A DNA stretch of 64,000 bases. Source: Takakia lepidozioides. Lineage: Eukaryota > Plantae > Bryophyta. The position numbers were made by a program, and so were the translations under genes. Shown here one piece after another: positions 50,001-62,266 of this stretch; the stretch's first letter is position 1; every line of letters begins with the position of its first letter. The stretch is taken from contig CM060733.1 of the NCBI GenBank assembly GCA_030704615.1, positions 45,942,001 through 46,006,000 on the forward strand, written 5' to 3'. Below the pieces are notes generated by a model that was not told the DNA's origin, ran no database searches, and saw only the letters and a list, made by a program, of their open reading frames with translations.

Positions 50001-53000
50001 CAACACAGTGTGCTGCACACAGGCAGTCTTCAGCAAAGCGTATGACATTCCCTCAGGGCCCTCAGAGCTCTCTTTCACACCATATTGGACAGATTTCTAT
50101 GAACAGGCAGCCCTCACTGAAGCTGATGATGTTCTCTCCGGGTCCTCATACTCCTCTTTCAACCTGTATTGCAAATGTACCACCATCATCTTACAAGGAG
50201 ACACCTCTAGCCACAAGTCCCTGGCGAAGCCCTATCAGTGCAACTAGTCCAAGAGTAGCCATCCAAGGCATGGCAGTGGCGCCTTTTCTCCGACACTGTC
50301 CTGCAATAGATCCTGCTGAGGGCTCTGCCGTGCCAACTCAGAACAAGCTGGGTCCAGCAGTGTCACCCGGCTCGGGTCATCTGTTTCAGACTGTCAGTCA
50401 TGCCATATGGGGGCCTTCTATTCCACCACCTTTCGCTGATGAATCTGCTAGGACCGCCCCACCAGGGGCTTGGCCAGTGCCACCAGCAGGTGGTTTTCCT
50501 CCTCCAGCTGCCGTAAAGCCACCCTCTGCTTTGTGGATGCCGGGTGTTTTGCACCAAGGCTTGCACTTAGAATGGCCTGGAATGGGCATGCAACCTTCCA
50601 TCAATGGAGGATATCAACCTTACACTGCTTTCTGCCCTCCATCTGTACACCCAACTCCCACAGTTGATGGGCGAGCCACCAGTAACATGGTGTCTCCGGA
50701 ACAGGTACGATTGTTCTTTTTTCACTTCACAGCTCAGAAAGAAAGAAATGGAACGAAATGTACTTTATAATGTCCGTGGATAGCTCAAAAGAATAGAAAA
50801 GAAATGAAATGGTGCTTTATAACGTCCGCGGAAAGCTCATAGAGCTTATGGGACAAAACAGAAGAAAACATGAGAGAGGAAACAAAAAACCCAGAGCCAG
50901 AGATAAAAACTATTGAAATAAAATGAAATAAAATGAAATGATACTTTATAGTATCTGCGGAAAGCACAAGAGGTGTCCCCAAAAGAAGTTGTAGTTTTAT
51001 ATCGAGAGATAAAAACAAAAGGGGTGCACGCTCACATTTTTCCTTCCCCTGCCTGGTATATGATGAGTTTAGGAGGAGTGTGAATCTCTGGCACAGGCAT
51101 TTAGGTTCCAGAAATGCTTAGCAAACTTTTCCATTTATACATGCCTGTTTCAATAGCTCTCATTCACGACATCATAAAAGATTTGTGTCATGTTCATGAT
51201 CCAGGTGTGGTTGGAGCTGTGGTGGGAATATGAAGGTGCAGATCGAAGCATGAAGGGTCCTTTTGCTCTTTGGCAGCTGCAGCAATGGTTGCATGCTGGC
51301 TATCTCTATGGTTCTCTCAAGGTTTGTTGGGATTTCCTTATTTGAGTTGTGTTGTTTCACTGCTAACAGTGGAGCTAAATCTTGGACATCTCTCACACCT
51401 CAGCCTTCATTGTCACTATCAGTATTCTTTGTTATTGTCTCTTCTTCCGGTTTCTTTGCACTGTGCACAAGGTCTCTTCATCAATGCAATTTCACTTTCT
51501 GAGTGCTGCAGGTTTTCCACCATGAAGCTATGGTGGCACCTATGACAGTGGATAAACTGCTTGTACTGGCGGAAAGGGGCATGATTTTTGAGCACTTATC
51601 AGCAGATAACCACAGCTTCTCGGAACAGGGGGGTGAGAACAGCACCTGTGGCAGTGCCCCTGCAGAATCTCCTAGAGTTAGTGCTCTCAACTTCGTGCAG
51701 CAAAACCTTCACGCCGCAACCATGGAAGCTGCCCATAAAGGATTTCTTGATGCTGTCATCAGTCAGCCACTCCGTGAATGGGTGTATTCGCATAAGCCAC
51801 CCGAATGCACTGCAAGGCCACCCAGATCAGCAAGGTTGGTGAGGAGAGCCAGGGTTAATTCTGGCATGGAGGCAAGAAGAGGGGAACCAGAGTCCCAAGT
51901 ACGCAAAGCTTTTCCGTTGGAAGGATGGTTTCAAATGCAGAGACGTGTCTATTTAGCCTTGGGTAATGGAAGATGGATTAGGATTTGATAAGTTGTTCAG
52001 AACTGGCTTGGTGTGATACATGAGGATTTCTGTCGTTCCCTTTGTCACATTGTAAGTTTTCTACAGGCCAAGGATGTGCGGTCACCACAATTTTCACTGG
52101 TTCAGCAGGTAGTCACACCAACTCCTTCACCAGTTGTGCTACCGCCAGGCTTTGATGGAGTAGCTGCCACAGCTAGAGTGGTAAGTGCAAATTGAGTTCG
52201 TATTCCTTTGCCACCTTTAGGCCTGTTTTTCCTTAGTTGTTCATCAAGCAAGAATATGAGTAATCCTTGATAATGTGTGAAGGGAGTGTGAGTAGCATTT
52301 AAAGTGCCAGAATGCCCATTGTGGGCTTCTCTATTCAAAATATGAAACTATCCTGATTTAGAGAGGCAGGATTTGAATCTACATGGAAAACTCCGGCAGA
52401 TTTATGGTCCATTAGCTTTTTACCACTTGCCCACTATGAGAAGTAAACTATTACTTTCCCAGCTAAAATCATGGATTCTGCTTAGGATTGGGTCAGTCCA
52501 TGTAGAGTTCGTCTTTCCAGTCGCAGACATCCATACGCTTATTAGAGAAATGAAATGAAATGAAATGGTGCATTATAACGTCCGCGGAAAGCTCATAGAG
52601 AGAAAGAAAGGAACCTTATGTGTGAAATATTTCACATGATGTACATTTGAAGAAACAGTGGCAATATTGTAAGTACCTGTTCTATTGTCGAGATAGGCCT
52701 ACTGGTTTATGCCACAGCCATATATTCCATTGGCACAAGCAAGTGCAATGCATGAGTATGCCAGGCCACAGAAACTTTGTAGAATTACATGTGGCAAAAG
52801 ATAAAAACTCCTTTGTGTGCGACCTGAACATCACTCTGGCAGGTGTGGATCAAAGGTATGGCAGTACAGTGCACCTTTTCGGTTCAATCCTCCCACCAAG
52901 GCCAAAGTTGTTAAATAGTAAATAGCTTTCCCATGAAGGTCCTGACCATGAAGACTGGCCACTGGATGCAGCTAGTCAAACTAAATAATTCATGGCTCAT

Positions 53001-56000
53001 TTAACGTTCTTGGTCAACAGAGTGGCATAATTCCTCCAGTCTATAGACGAATCATCCACTGCATATCATGATTGTAGGCTTACATCAATGATAATGCAAT
53101 GTTGCACTGCGTTCTATGCTTGAGTGGGCACAAAGCTCACATTAGGGTGTGGCACATGTTCCTTCAGACTTCCAAAGATTTAAGCGAGTCAGTCCATTAA
53201 TAGTGTCATTGTGTTCTTCCTTTGGGAGCCCCGGAGCAGAGGGTGTATCAAAGCCAAGATGAAGCTGTAGTGATGGAAGTCAGTGCTCCACCAGGATTTG
53301 ATGGTATGGCCGCTGCTGCAGCAGGACTGGTCTCCGTCAATGTAATCAGCCCTGGATTTGCAGGTCAGTGTGTACATGATGAGCTACTTTATGGTTGTTA
53401 TCTTTGCTGATTAGTGGACTCATGCTCAGACAGGGTACAGTGGATGATTGAGTTTCATTTATCACTCAATGGAATACACAAAATTCTCTCATTGTTACGG
53501 CCTTTTTTTATGTGGCTATCCTCCCTGTGCTTGGATCTCATTCTTGAGGGGAGGTTTACATATTGTGGAAGACCTGTCCATCATGAAAGCTTGTGCATGG
53601 CCTTTAGAACCCAAAGCTTCTCTGCATGGCAAAATCTGCAAATGCATACCCATGTGATTGACACCTATTGGTTACAGGTCACTTGTCTCATATTCAGGGG
53701 CTTGATCTCATAAGTTATCCACTGCACCTGCAGGTGTGCAGCGACCATTAGCCACTTCTGCGAAGCTGGTCAGCACCGTTCACCAAGAAATTCCTGAGCA
53801 TCAAAAGTTACTTGAGACTAGACAGGTGTTTTGGGAGGAAATTGTCAGTTCTAAACAATCTCCATCCCACAAGGTAGCCACCACGGATCATGAGCATCCA
53901 ACTCAGTGCAATACAAGGCAGGTCGAGGCTGCTAATGTCAAGCCCATGGATGAAGGTCCAGATATGGCTCTTACAGGTAGCAATATTGACCCGAAGGCAC
54001 TTTGGTTTTTCAACTCCACTTTAGACAAGGGTGGTGAGTACAGTAAGAAACTGCTAATCGAGAAAGTGGGGCCTGAGGTGGAAAGGAACAGTGCTATTGA
54101 GGTGCACACTTGCAGCAGGCTCACTGATCTGGTTCCAGAACTCCACCTTCCTCTCTTTACTCAGTCAGACTCTGGGCGCGCGAGTATTGCTGAGGTTAGG
54201 AAGCCAAGGGGAATTTGGAAGAATCCTGCAGGGGGAGACAAAAAGGATTCAAGAACTGAGAGCATGGCAGATGATCGTCTGAGTAGTTCAACGGAGACTG
54301 ATGACATCCATCCAAGTCAAATTACAGCACCAAATAACGGGCAAGCCAAAGAGTCAGTGGTGAACACAACAGTAAGGGCTGATGAGAATGGGCTTCCACT
54401 GAGACCATGGGGTGATGGGGAGAAGGGCAAGCGTAAAACCAATGGAGTGATGGAGACTTCTGAGGAAGATAAGCATGATTACTTGCTTCCTTCATTTAAA
54501 AAGGCCCGGCTTCAGCATCGTGCAAGACGTCTTGAGAAATTGAAGGACAGTGTATATGGCAAAGTCACCATAGGGGGGAAGGCTGATGTGAAGAAAAATA
54601 GCATGTCTGTGAAGGGGGAAAGCAGACACATAGGACTCATAAAAATTTCCTGTCCGGACAAGGAATCGGCACCAAAGATGCTACATCAGTTTCTGAATAA
54701 AAGGGCATCAAAACATCCTGAACTTCCTGGAGCGTACTTAAACTCTGTTGGAAGAACTGACAGGACAGTACCAGAATGTATTGTTCCTCTGAAGCAAGGT
54801 TATTCAAAGGAAACTACACTGTTAGAGCAGGGAAACAAACATGGGAGGAAGTGCTCTATTGGTTGGAAGACAGTTAGGGATAAATACAGACAGGCAGGGA
54901 ATACAATACCCAATTTGGGTGCAGGGTCAACATTAACAGTACAGCATGTGTATCCAGAAGTGAGGGTGTTGGGGCTTCCCACTGGTACTGAAAGCCACAC
55001 AAATGCTGCTGGGATAGAAAACCTGGAATCTGCAGAAACTGCTGCTAAACTGCAGGTAGCTTGTCAGCTAATGTCTCCCAGTGTGGGAGTGGAGAAGGGA
55101 GAGGCTTCTATCTATAAAAGGGAAGTCCATGCAGAAAAGGATGGTCAAGGAGGACAGGGAAGGCCAAGACAACGAGCGATGGTGGACATTCTTGGCCCGG
55201 GCATGCAACCAGTGCCAAAGGTACAGCGTCTTTTTTCAAAGAAGCGAATTTTGGATCTTTCAGCTGTGCTTGGACGACATGCAAACAAAAATGGAATAGG
55301 GCATGGTTTGGTACCAGGAAGGACCAGCAGATTACAGCTGGCTTGTCAGAGGCTGGCAAGCTTGTCTGACACTGTGGGGGTGAGTGAAGAGAGTCCCATT
55401 GCTAGGAAAAGAGTTTGTACGGACCAAGGCAGTAAAACAGAGAAGGGAAAACGGAAAGAAAGATCGATCATGGATATCTTTGGTTCAGGGATGGTGTCAG
55501 TGCCAAGGGCACGACGCTGGTCTCGAAAGAAAAAGAGACTGGAGGTCACTGCATGTATTGGTGGGCAGCCAAACACTGTTCAAACAAGGATGAGGGCTGC
55601 CGCAAGAAATGCTGTTAAACTGGAGTATGAGTGGATGCAGGGAGCCCATCTGCAAGGTAGTACAGCCAAGAGAACTGAAAGGAAAGTCCTGGTCTGTCCA
55701 GTGTCGGCTGGAAGTGCAAGATGTTCAATCCACGGTTGGGCATGGCGACACTGGGCACGAAATGGAGCCAAGTGGAGGTTGCAGAGGAGAGTCAGAGTGT
55801 CAGGCAATCTCTCGTTCCTGCTAGGCTCGAACACAAACATTCTCAGCCGTCTCCAGTCTGCTCGAACAAATCGTGCAAAGCTGCGCAATCTGGCCGTTTC
55901 TGGAGAGGGTTCTGACATGTTGAAGTCTAATCAGCTCAAGGTACACATCTCTCTCCTTATATGGGGATGTTATATAATTTCTATCTGTCATTGTTTCTCC

Positions 56001-59000
56001 TTCCATCTTTGAGTTGGTGGAGGTGCAAACCGATATTCAGATAAGGTCGTCTCAAGCACTGCTATGTAGCTTCGCACCAACTATCTTCAAATCAAATCGA
56101 AGGTGATATTTCTTATATCTATGACAAATGAAGGATTTGGGATAGAAAGTCACTAAAACAAACTGTAGTTAACAGTCTGTGGTGTCTGCAGCTATTGACT
56201 ATGGTAGCCGATCATCACATAGTTGAACCAGCTTGCATAGGATTTTCATGCAGGTTAGTGCATACGCAGACTGATCGAGTAGCTCGCCATTAGGTGCAGT
56301 TGTATGCTGTTATATGCTGTTTGCTCAGATTCCTTGTGATGAATATTGTAATTTCTTGGTCCTCGATTTCCGGCGGTTTTTGTAGTGACATCAGGGGCTT
56401 GTTTGGTGTCTATCTTGTTCTTGGTTGCGGCGGGGGTTTACCTCTTCCACCTCTTGTAATTAATTGTTTTGTAAAAGAAAGAAAAGTATTGGTGTTGGAA
56501 GTTACAGGGAGGGCTACTACAGCTGCTCAAGCCTCCACTTTGGAATCTGGTCAGTGGAGTGAGCTAGTAACATGGGTCTCTACGTACACGGCTGATATTC
56601 TTTCATGCCGTGGCTGTTTTGCTTGCTTCCGATCCCCTGTAAGAAATTGAACAACATTATGTGTGTGACTTAACTTTTTGCAGTTCTAGGTTGAATTTCC
56701 TAGCAATCCAATACGGGACTGCAATGAGAAGGACATGAGGCCAGGTGCAGTTACTCTAGGATCTCTGTGGAAGCTCGTATCATCTCTCTTGAGTCTAAAT
56801 AGGTCAACTTTGTCTTCATGCCAGGGTCTTTCCTCCATTATAAGATGGTTTGCAATCTGATCAGCATCTGAATAACATGTTTCTGCCGGGGCTTTGGAGC
56901 AGGCCCGCAAGAAGCGATTGAAGTTCCAACGCAGCAAAATCCATGACTGGGGATTGGTAGCCCTGGAGCCCATCGATGCAGGGGACTTTATCATTGAATA
57001 TGTGGGAGAGATTGTCCGACGACAGGTTCTCTCTTCTCTCTTCTCTTATTGTTTTTTGCCTATGGGTTAGAGCAGGGGAAAGCACCTGGGAACGAACTTA
57101 AAGCCAAAAGCCTCCATCACAACCTCAATCACACAAGAAGAACCCATGGACGTTTCTTTCTTTCTTCCATTTGTTCCTCTCTCATGTTTTCTTCCATTTT
57201 GTCCCATAAGCTCTACGAGCTTTCCGCGGACGTTATAAAGCACCATTTCATTTCATTTCATTTCATTTCTTCCAACAATCGCTAGAACATTAATTGTGGT
57301 TTCTGGATTTGTTCCTCTCTCATGTTTTCTTCCATTTTGTCCCATAAGCTCTACGAGCTTTCCGCGGACGTTATAAAGCACCATTTCATTTCATTTCATT
57401 TCCAACACAGTCAGCACTTCTCTATGCTGATGTAATGCCCTCATGGCACAATGAGCGCAATGGACTCTCTATTGCTTCCCTATTGCCACAAAATACAGAA
57501 GGGGTGGAAACCACATCCAAACAAGATCGCAACAGAATCATCAGAAGGGAACTTATGGAACTACATGTCAGGAGAACTTGGAAGCTACCCACTCTCACAA
57601 CAAAACTCCATCTCTATCGGGAGACATTCTTGGTTCTCTGTGACAATAGAATCTTGCAGCCCAATTACCTTTCGGCGCCTTTATCTCCCTTCCTCCTCAG
57701 GGCATTGGGTCGGTTCAGGGTGGGCTCCCGCAATCTTCTGATTGAGACTAGTAGATGCGAAAACCTCCAACAGGAGGATCGCCTTGCCCAGCGTGTATGG
57801 ATGCAACCAGGAAATCAAAACTGAAGAACACTTCTTCTTTTATTGCCCTCTATACTATGAGATCCGTGGGAGATTCAACTGTCTATTCCGTGGAACCCCA
57901 TCTCTCACTGAGGTCTTCCACTATGAGGATCACAAATGATTGGCAGCTCATCTGCATGAGGCCTTGGCCCTTAAGCAAACCCTTCAGCAGTAGTTGCTTC
58001 TGGGCTGCTTTTGGCTGTGGTTTTGTCTCTTCTTTCTGGTTTCTCCCTTTTGTCCCATAAGCTCTTTGAGCTTTCCGCGGACGTTATAAAGTACCATTTC
58101 ATTTCATTTCTTCCTACCATATTTGGCATCTATGTAGATGCTTTGGAAGGATACATTGCAAAGAATAATGGATTGGGGTGCTTTTGGATGGGGGACCAAC
58201 ACAATCAGTACTTCTCTACTCAAATGATGTCGTTCTATTGGCAGTGTTCCTCTAACGACACCTTTGCATCCAAAGACACGGCTTGCAGGTCAATGTAAGC
58301 AAAACTAAGATTGCACAACTTCAAGTGCACCCAATTTCAGTTTGCATCGACTGCAATGGACAGATTGATGAAGGGCACAGCTGCCTCATACACCTTCAGG
58401 CTAAATGCAAACAAATACACCTGCACCAACCCACCCCCCCCATGACCACCAAAAAGTGTCTCTTCGACTTTGTTGTCACCCCTGCCGCCACTTATGGCTG
58501 TGAGCTCTGGGCACCTGGTGTCCCATGGTGGGAAAAGAACCGAAAACACTGCAGTCCTCTTTCCTTAGAGGGACAACACCATCACATAGTTTATGTGCAG
58601 GATTTGCATGTGTCCCACCTCAAACCGTGGCCATCTTCCATCTTACAATCTTTCATACAAGGTACAACCCCTCCTCGCAAAGGATTGACAGCCTGGGCCC
58701 TCACAATATCCATCTGGCTCAAAACAGGTGGTTTCAAGCACTTGTGGTGCTCAGGTGTCCAACTTTTTTGAGCGCAATGGAATCTCCATTGCTTCCCTAG
58801 TGTCACAAAATATGGAGGAGGTGGATATTGCTTCCAAACAGGACAGGCGGACATGGAAACCAGCCACTCTCACAGCAAAACTGCAATTCTATCGGGAGAC
58901 ATTCTTGGTTCTCCATGACAGTAGGATCTTAGCTCTATCTCCCTCTCTTCTAAGGGCATTGGGGGAGGTTCAGGGTGGGCTCCCTCAGTCTGCGGATAGA

Positions 59001-62000
59001 GACGAAGACCGACTATGACCTGCTTGGGCTGGAAACTACACGGAAATTGAAAGAGAAAATTTCTTCTTTCACTAGGAGATCTTTGGGAGATCAACTGATT
59101 ATTCCGGGATACCGGATGTCCCACGGAGGTCTTCCATTATGAGGATCAGAAATGCTTGGCAGTTTACCTGCTTGAAGCATTGACTTTTAGACAATCCCTC
59201 AGCTTTAGTTGCTTTTGGGCTGTTTATGGCCCCTCTCTCTTTCTTGTTTCTTTCTTCCTCTTGTCCCATAAGCTATTTGAGCTTCCCGCAGACATTGTAA
59301 GGTACCATTTCATGTCATTTCTGGTGACTTTGGTGTATTTTGATGTGGGTATTTTCTTGTTCTCAGGAGGGGTTGGACTGGTGAAGTTTTCCTTATTGTG
59401 TTACTTTGGTCCATAGGCACTGCCGGAACCTGACTGGAGTTAAAGTTCTTTCGTCCTTTCTTTTTTTCTCATTAGAAGGGAACTTATGGAACTACAGCAG
59501 AACTTGGAATCTTTTTTTATAAAGCTATGCAGGGTTATACATTTGGAATCTACCCAATCTCACAACAAAACTCCATTTGTATCGAGAGACATTCTTGGTT
59601 CTCCGGGATGATAGAATCTTGCGGGCCAATTACCTTTCGGCACCTTTATCTCCTTCCCTCCTGAGGGCATTGGGGCGGTTCAGGGTGGGCTCCCACAATC
59701 TACGGATCAAGACTGGTAGATGGGAAAACCTGCAACGGGAAGACCGCCTATGCCCCAGCTTGCTCCGGGCACAACCAGGAAATTGAAACTGAAGAACAGT
59801 TCTTCTTTTATTGCCCTCTGTATTATGAGATCCGTGGGATTTTCCACTGTCTTTTCCGTGGAACCCAATCTCTCACTGAAGTCCTCCATTGTGAGGATCA
59901 GAAATGCTTGGCAGCTTACCTGCACGAGACCCTTAGAAAATCCCTTGAGCAGTAGTTGCTTTCGGGCTGTCTATTGGCTCTGTTTTGTTTCCTCTCTCTG
60001 GTTTTTTCCCATTTGGTCCCATAAGCTCTTTGAGCTTTCTGCGGACGTTATAAAGTACCATTTCATTTCATTTCATTTCTTGATTGTTGGGGTCCCCGTT
60101 TTTGGTTCTGTTACTTTTCCTGGTATTCCAGATAGAACTAGGGTTGAAACAGCATGAGAACTCAGTCTGTCCTTAAGCAATGGTTTTTTCTGGGCTGCTT
60201 GTGGAGGGCCCTCTCTTGTTCTTGTTTGTTGCTTTGTCTTGTCCCATTTGCTCTTTGAGCTTTCCATAGACATTATAATGTCTATTTCTTTCTTTCACTC
60301 GAGTAATAGTTTTTATTCTTGGCTCTGGTTTTGTTTCCTCTATCATGTTTTCTTCCATTTTGTCCCGTAAGCTCTATGAGCTTTCTGCGGACGTTGTAAA
60401 GCACCGTTTCATTTCATGTCATTTAATTTCCTCCAGCTTTGAAGATCTGAAGTGCCTTGCAGCCTACCTGCTTGGGGCCCTTAGGATGTTACTTTCTTTC
60501 TGAGGATACCCAGTTCTCACAGAGGTCTTCCATTACGAGGATCAGAAATGCTTTGGCAGCTTATCTGCATTAGGTGTTGACTCTTATACAGTCCCTTTAG
60601 AAATAGTTCCTTTTGGACTGCTTGTGGAGGGTCCCTTCTCTTTCTTGTTTCTTTATTTCTCTTGTCCCATAAGCTCTTTGAGCTTTCTGAGGATGTTATA
60701 AAGTACCATTTCATTTCATTTCTCTGTTCGGACTGTCCCTCATGAAGTAAAATTTCACATTGAGGAAATTGATCATAGCGATTTCATCTAGAATAGCCGA
60801 GGCCTGGGACCCATGGCACGGGACATCGTGACTTCAACTAGAGAACAAGAGGGTTCCATGAACATGGATGAGCTCCCCATTTGTTGAAATGTAAGCAACA
60901 AGGGATTCTGGGCGGCAAACCTCTCTAGTATTACACTACTAAAGTTATACCTCAAAGGAGTACTTTCTACATATTGCAAGTTGAAACAGTCTTGTGAGCC
61001 ATTCTGCAGATTTCAGACCTACGGGAGTGCAAGTATGAGACCATGGGCATTGGCAGCAGTTACCTTTTCCGCATTGATCATGAGCTTGTGGTGGGTCCCC
61101 ACTTCGGCTGGGGCACTTTTGACTACTTAGGACTCACATCGTTGTTTGTGGGTTTACAAGTTAGGTAGATCATGAGTGTATCACATCTTGTCAAGCGAAA
61201 AAAACTGCAAAATTGATACAATTTGGGCATGCTGAAAATCTGCTGTGTTTCAACGATTGATGAAGTAATATCCTACCATTGATCTGATAATATCTATGAT
61301 AGGATTTGGTAGTCAGTGATATACAGCATGAACTACAACCTGCAAGCTGGTCTTGAACAAATTAAGACTTCTTAGCAAACTGTCACATTGAAAAAAGAAC
61401 CTGGTTACACCACTCACCGCCCTGAATTACTAGGTGACACTCTTGTTCTCCCATTGCCCCTCTCCCCCCCCAACCCCCCTTGATCATTGACAAAAGCTTT
61501 AAAGGTAGCGGAACTTATAATTTGGAGGTCTCTAATACTGACAGCTTTGTGGATTTCTGACGCATGCAGGTAGATGCAACACGACGTGGTGGGCTGGCCC
61601 GGTTTATCAATCATTCTTGCGAAGTAAACCATCTTTTAGTTTTAGTTTTCTTGTTTTATACCTCCTCCTTCTCCTTATGTAGGGAACAGGCAGTTCCGAC
61701 ATCTTGTACATTCCACTGTGTACCATGCAGACCTGACCTACAATTGTCTTCTTTCTGTTTTCTCCTTTTGGGACCTCCATGGTCCAAAGGCCCCTTGGGC
61801 TTCCAGTCGACGCCAGAAACTTTCTTCTGTCCTGTTTCCTTTTAAGTTGAATTGTAGCTTCATTTCTGTGGTGGCTGGCTGTTGGGGGTCCCTTTTCTTT
61901 CTTGTTTTCTGTTTCCTTTGTCCCACGAACTCTTTGAATTTCCCGTGGAAGTTGTGAAGTTCTGTCCTTCTGTTGGGGCAACACTTTGGGGCAACACTTT

Positions 62001-62266
62001 ATTTTCTTGTACTCTGCTTTCCTTTGTCACTTATGCTCTTTTGAGCTTTGCTTCTGTCTTTCTATGTGGGTGCATAGAACTTGACACCAACTTGGGAGGT
62101 GCTGCACTGTGCAGCCAAATTGCTACACAAAAATCATAACTGTGGAGGGGCAGAAAAAGGTGGTCATCTATTCAAAGCGTCAAATTTCAACTGGTGAGGA
62201 GCTCACTTATGACTACAAGTTTCCTTTAGAGGAAAAGAAAATTCCCTGCCACTGTGGTGCAGCCAG
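47074..62266 (+). CDS. ATXR7: ATXR7/SDG25 (SET1-type H3K4 methyltransferase), at least 10 coding exons, about 2180 codons; start and last exon unresolved
   Basis: Phase-consistent exons 47074-48284, 48616-50704, 51512-51898, 52067-52180, 53240-53363, 53734-55940, 56903-57025, 61010-61090, 61570-61623 and 62115-62266. GYF-like [25 protein letters not shown]; [15 protein letters not shown]; [47 protein letters not shown]; post-SET IPCHCG. The final CRG exon was not found and is probably beyond the window. Confidence 0.95.
50743..50990 (-). mobile_element. Three stacked hairpin + (CATTT)n 3'-end copies, antisense, in an ATXR7 intron
   Basis: GAAATGAAATGGTGCTTTATAACGTCCGCGGAAAGCTCATAGAGCTTATGGGAC at about 50800-50853, with degenerate copies on either side. 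Confidence 0.88.
52546..52600 (-). mobile_element. 55-nt extreme 3'-end copy of the same element
   Basis: (GAAAT)n-GGTGCATTATAACGTCCGCGGAAAGCTCATAGAG, with AGAGAAA on both sides. Confidence 0.88.
57170..60722 (+). mobile_element. Head-to-tail stack of about 8 truncated RTEX/RTE-like LINE copies filling one ATXR7 intron
   Basis: Tails end at about 57265, 57402, 58110, 59321, 60079, 60280, 60425 and 60722. Longer copies encode [25 protein letters not shown] and [18 protein letters not shown], plus RT remnants [17 protein letters not shown] and [17 protein letters not shown]. Confidence 0.9.
61860..62050 (+). mobile_element. Two older degenerate copies of the same 3' end
   Basis: TTTGTCCCACGAACTCTTTGAATTTCCCGTGGAAGTTGTGAAGT at about 61917 and TTTGTCACTTATGCTCTTTTGAGCTTT at about 62023. 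Confidence 0.65.

Noticed and set aside
57190-57245. Hammerhead or HDV-like ribozyme in the repeated hairpin
   Set aside because: No CTGANGA/GAAA core and no nested double pseudoknot could be drawn. A simple LINE 3' stem-loop explains it.
57170-60722. CRISPR-like array of palindromic repeats with spacers
   Set aside because: Spacing is irregular (100-1200 bp), the spacers are homologous LINE ORF2 fragments, the repeats end in (CATTT)n, there are no cas genes, and the context is a eukaryotic intron.
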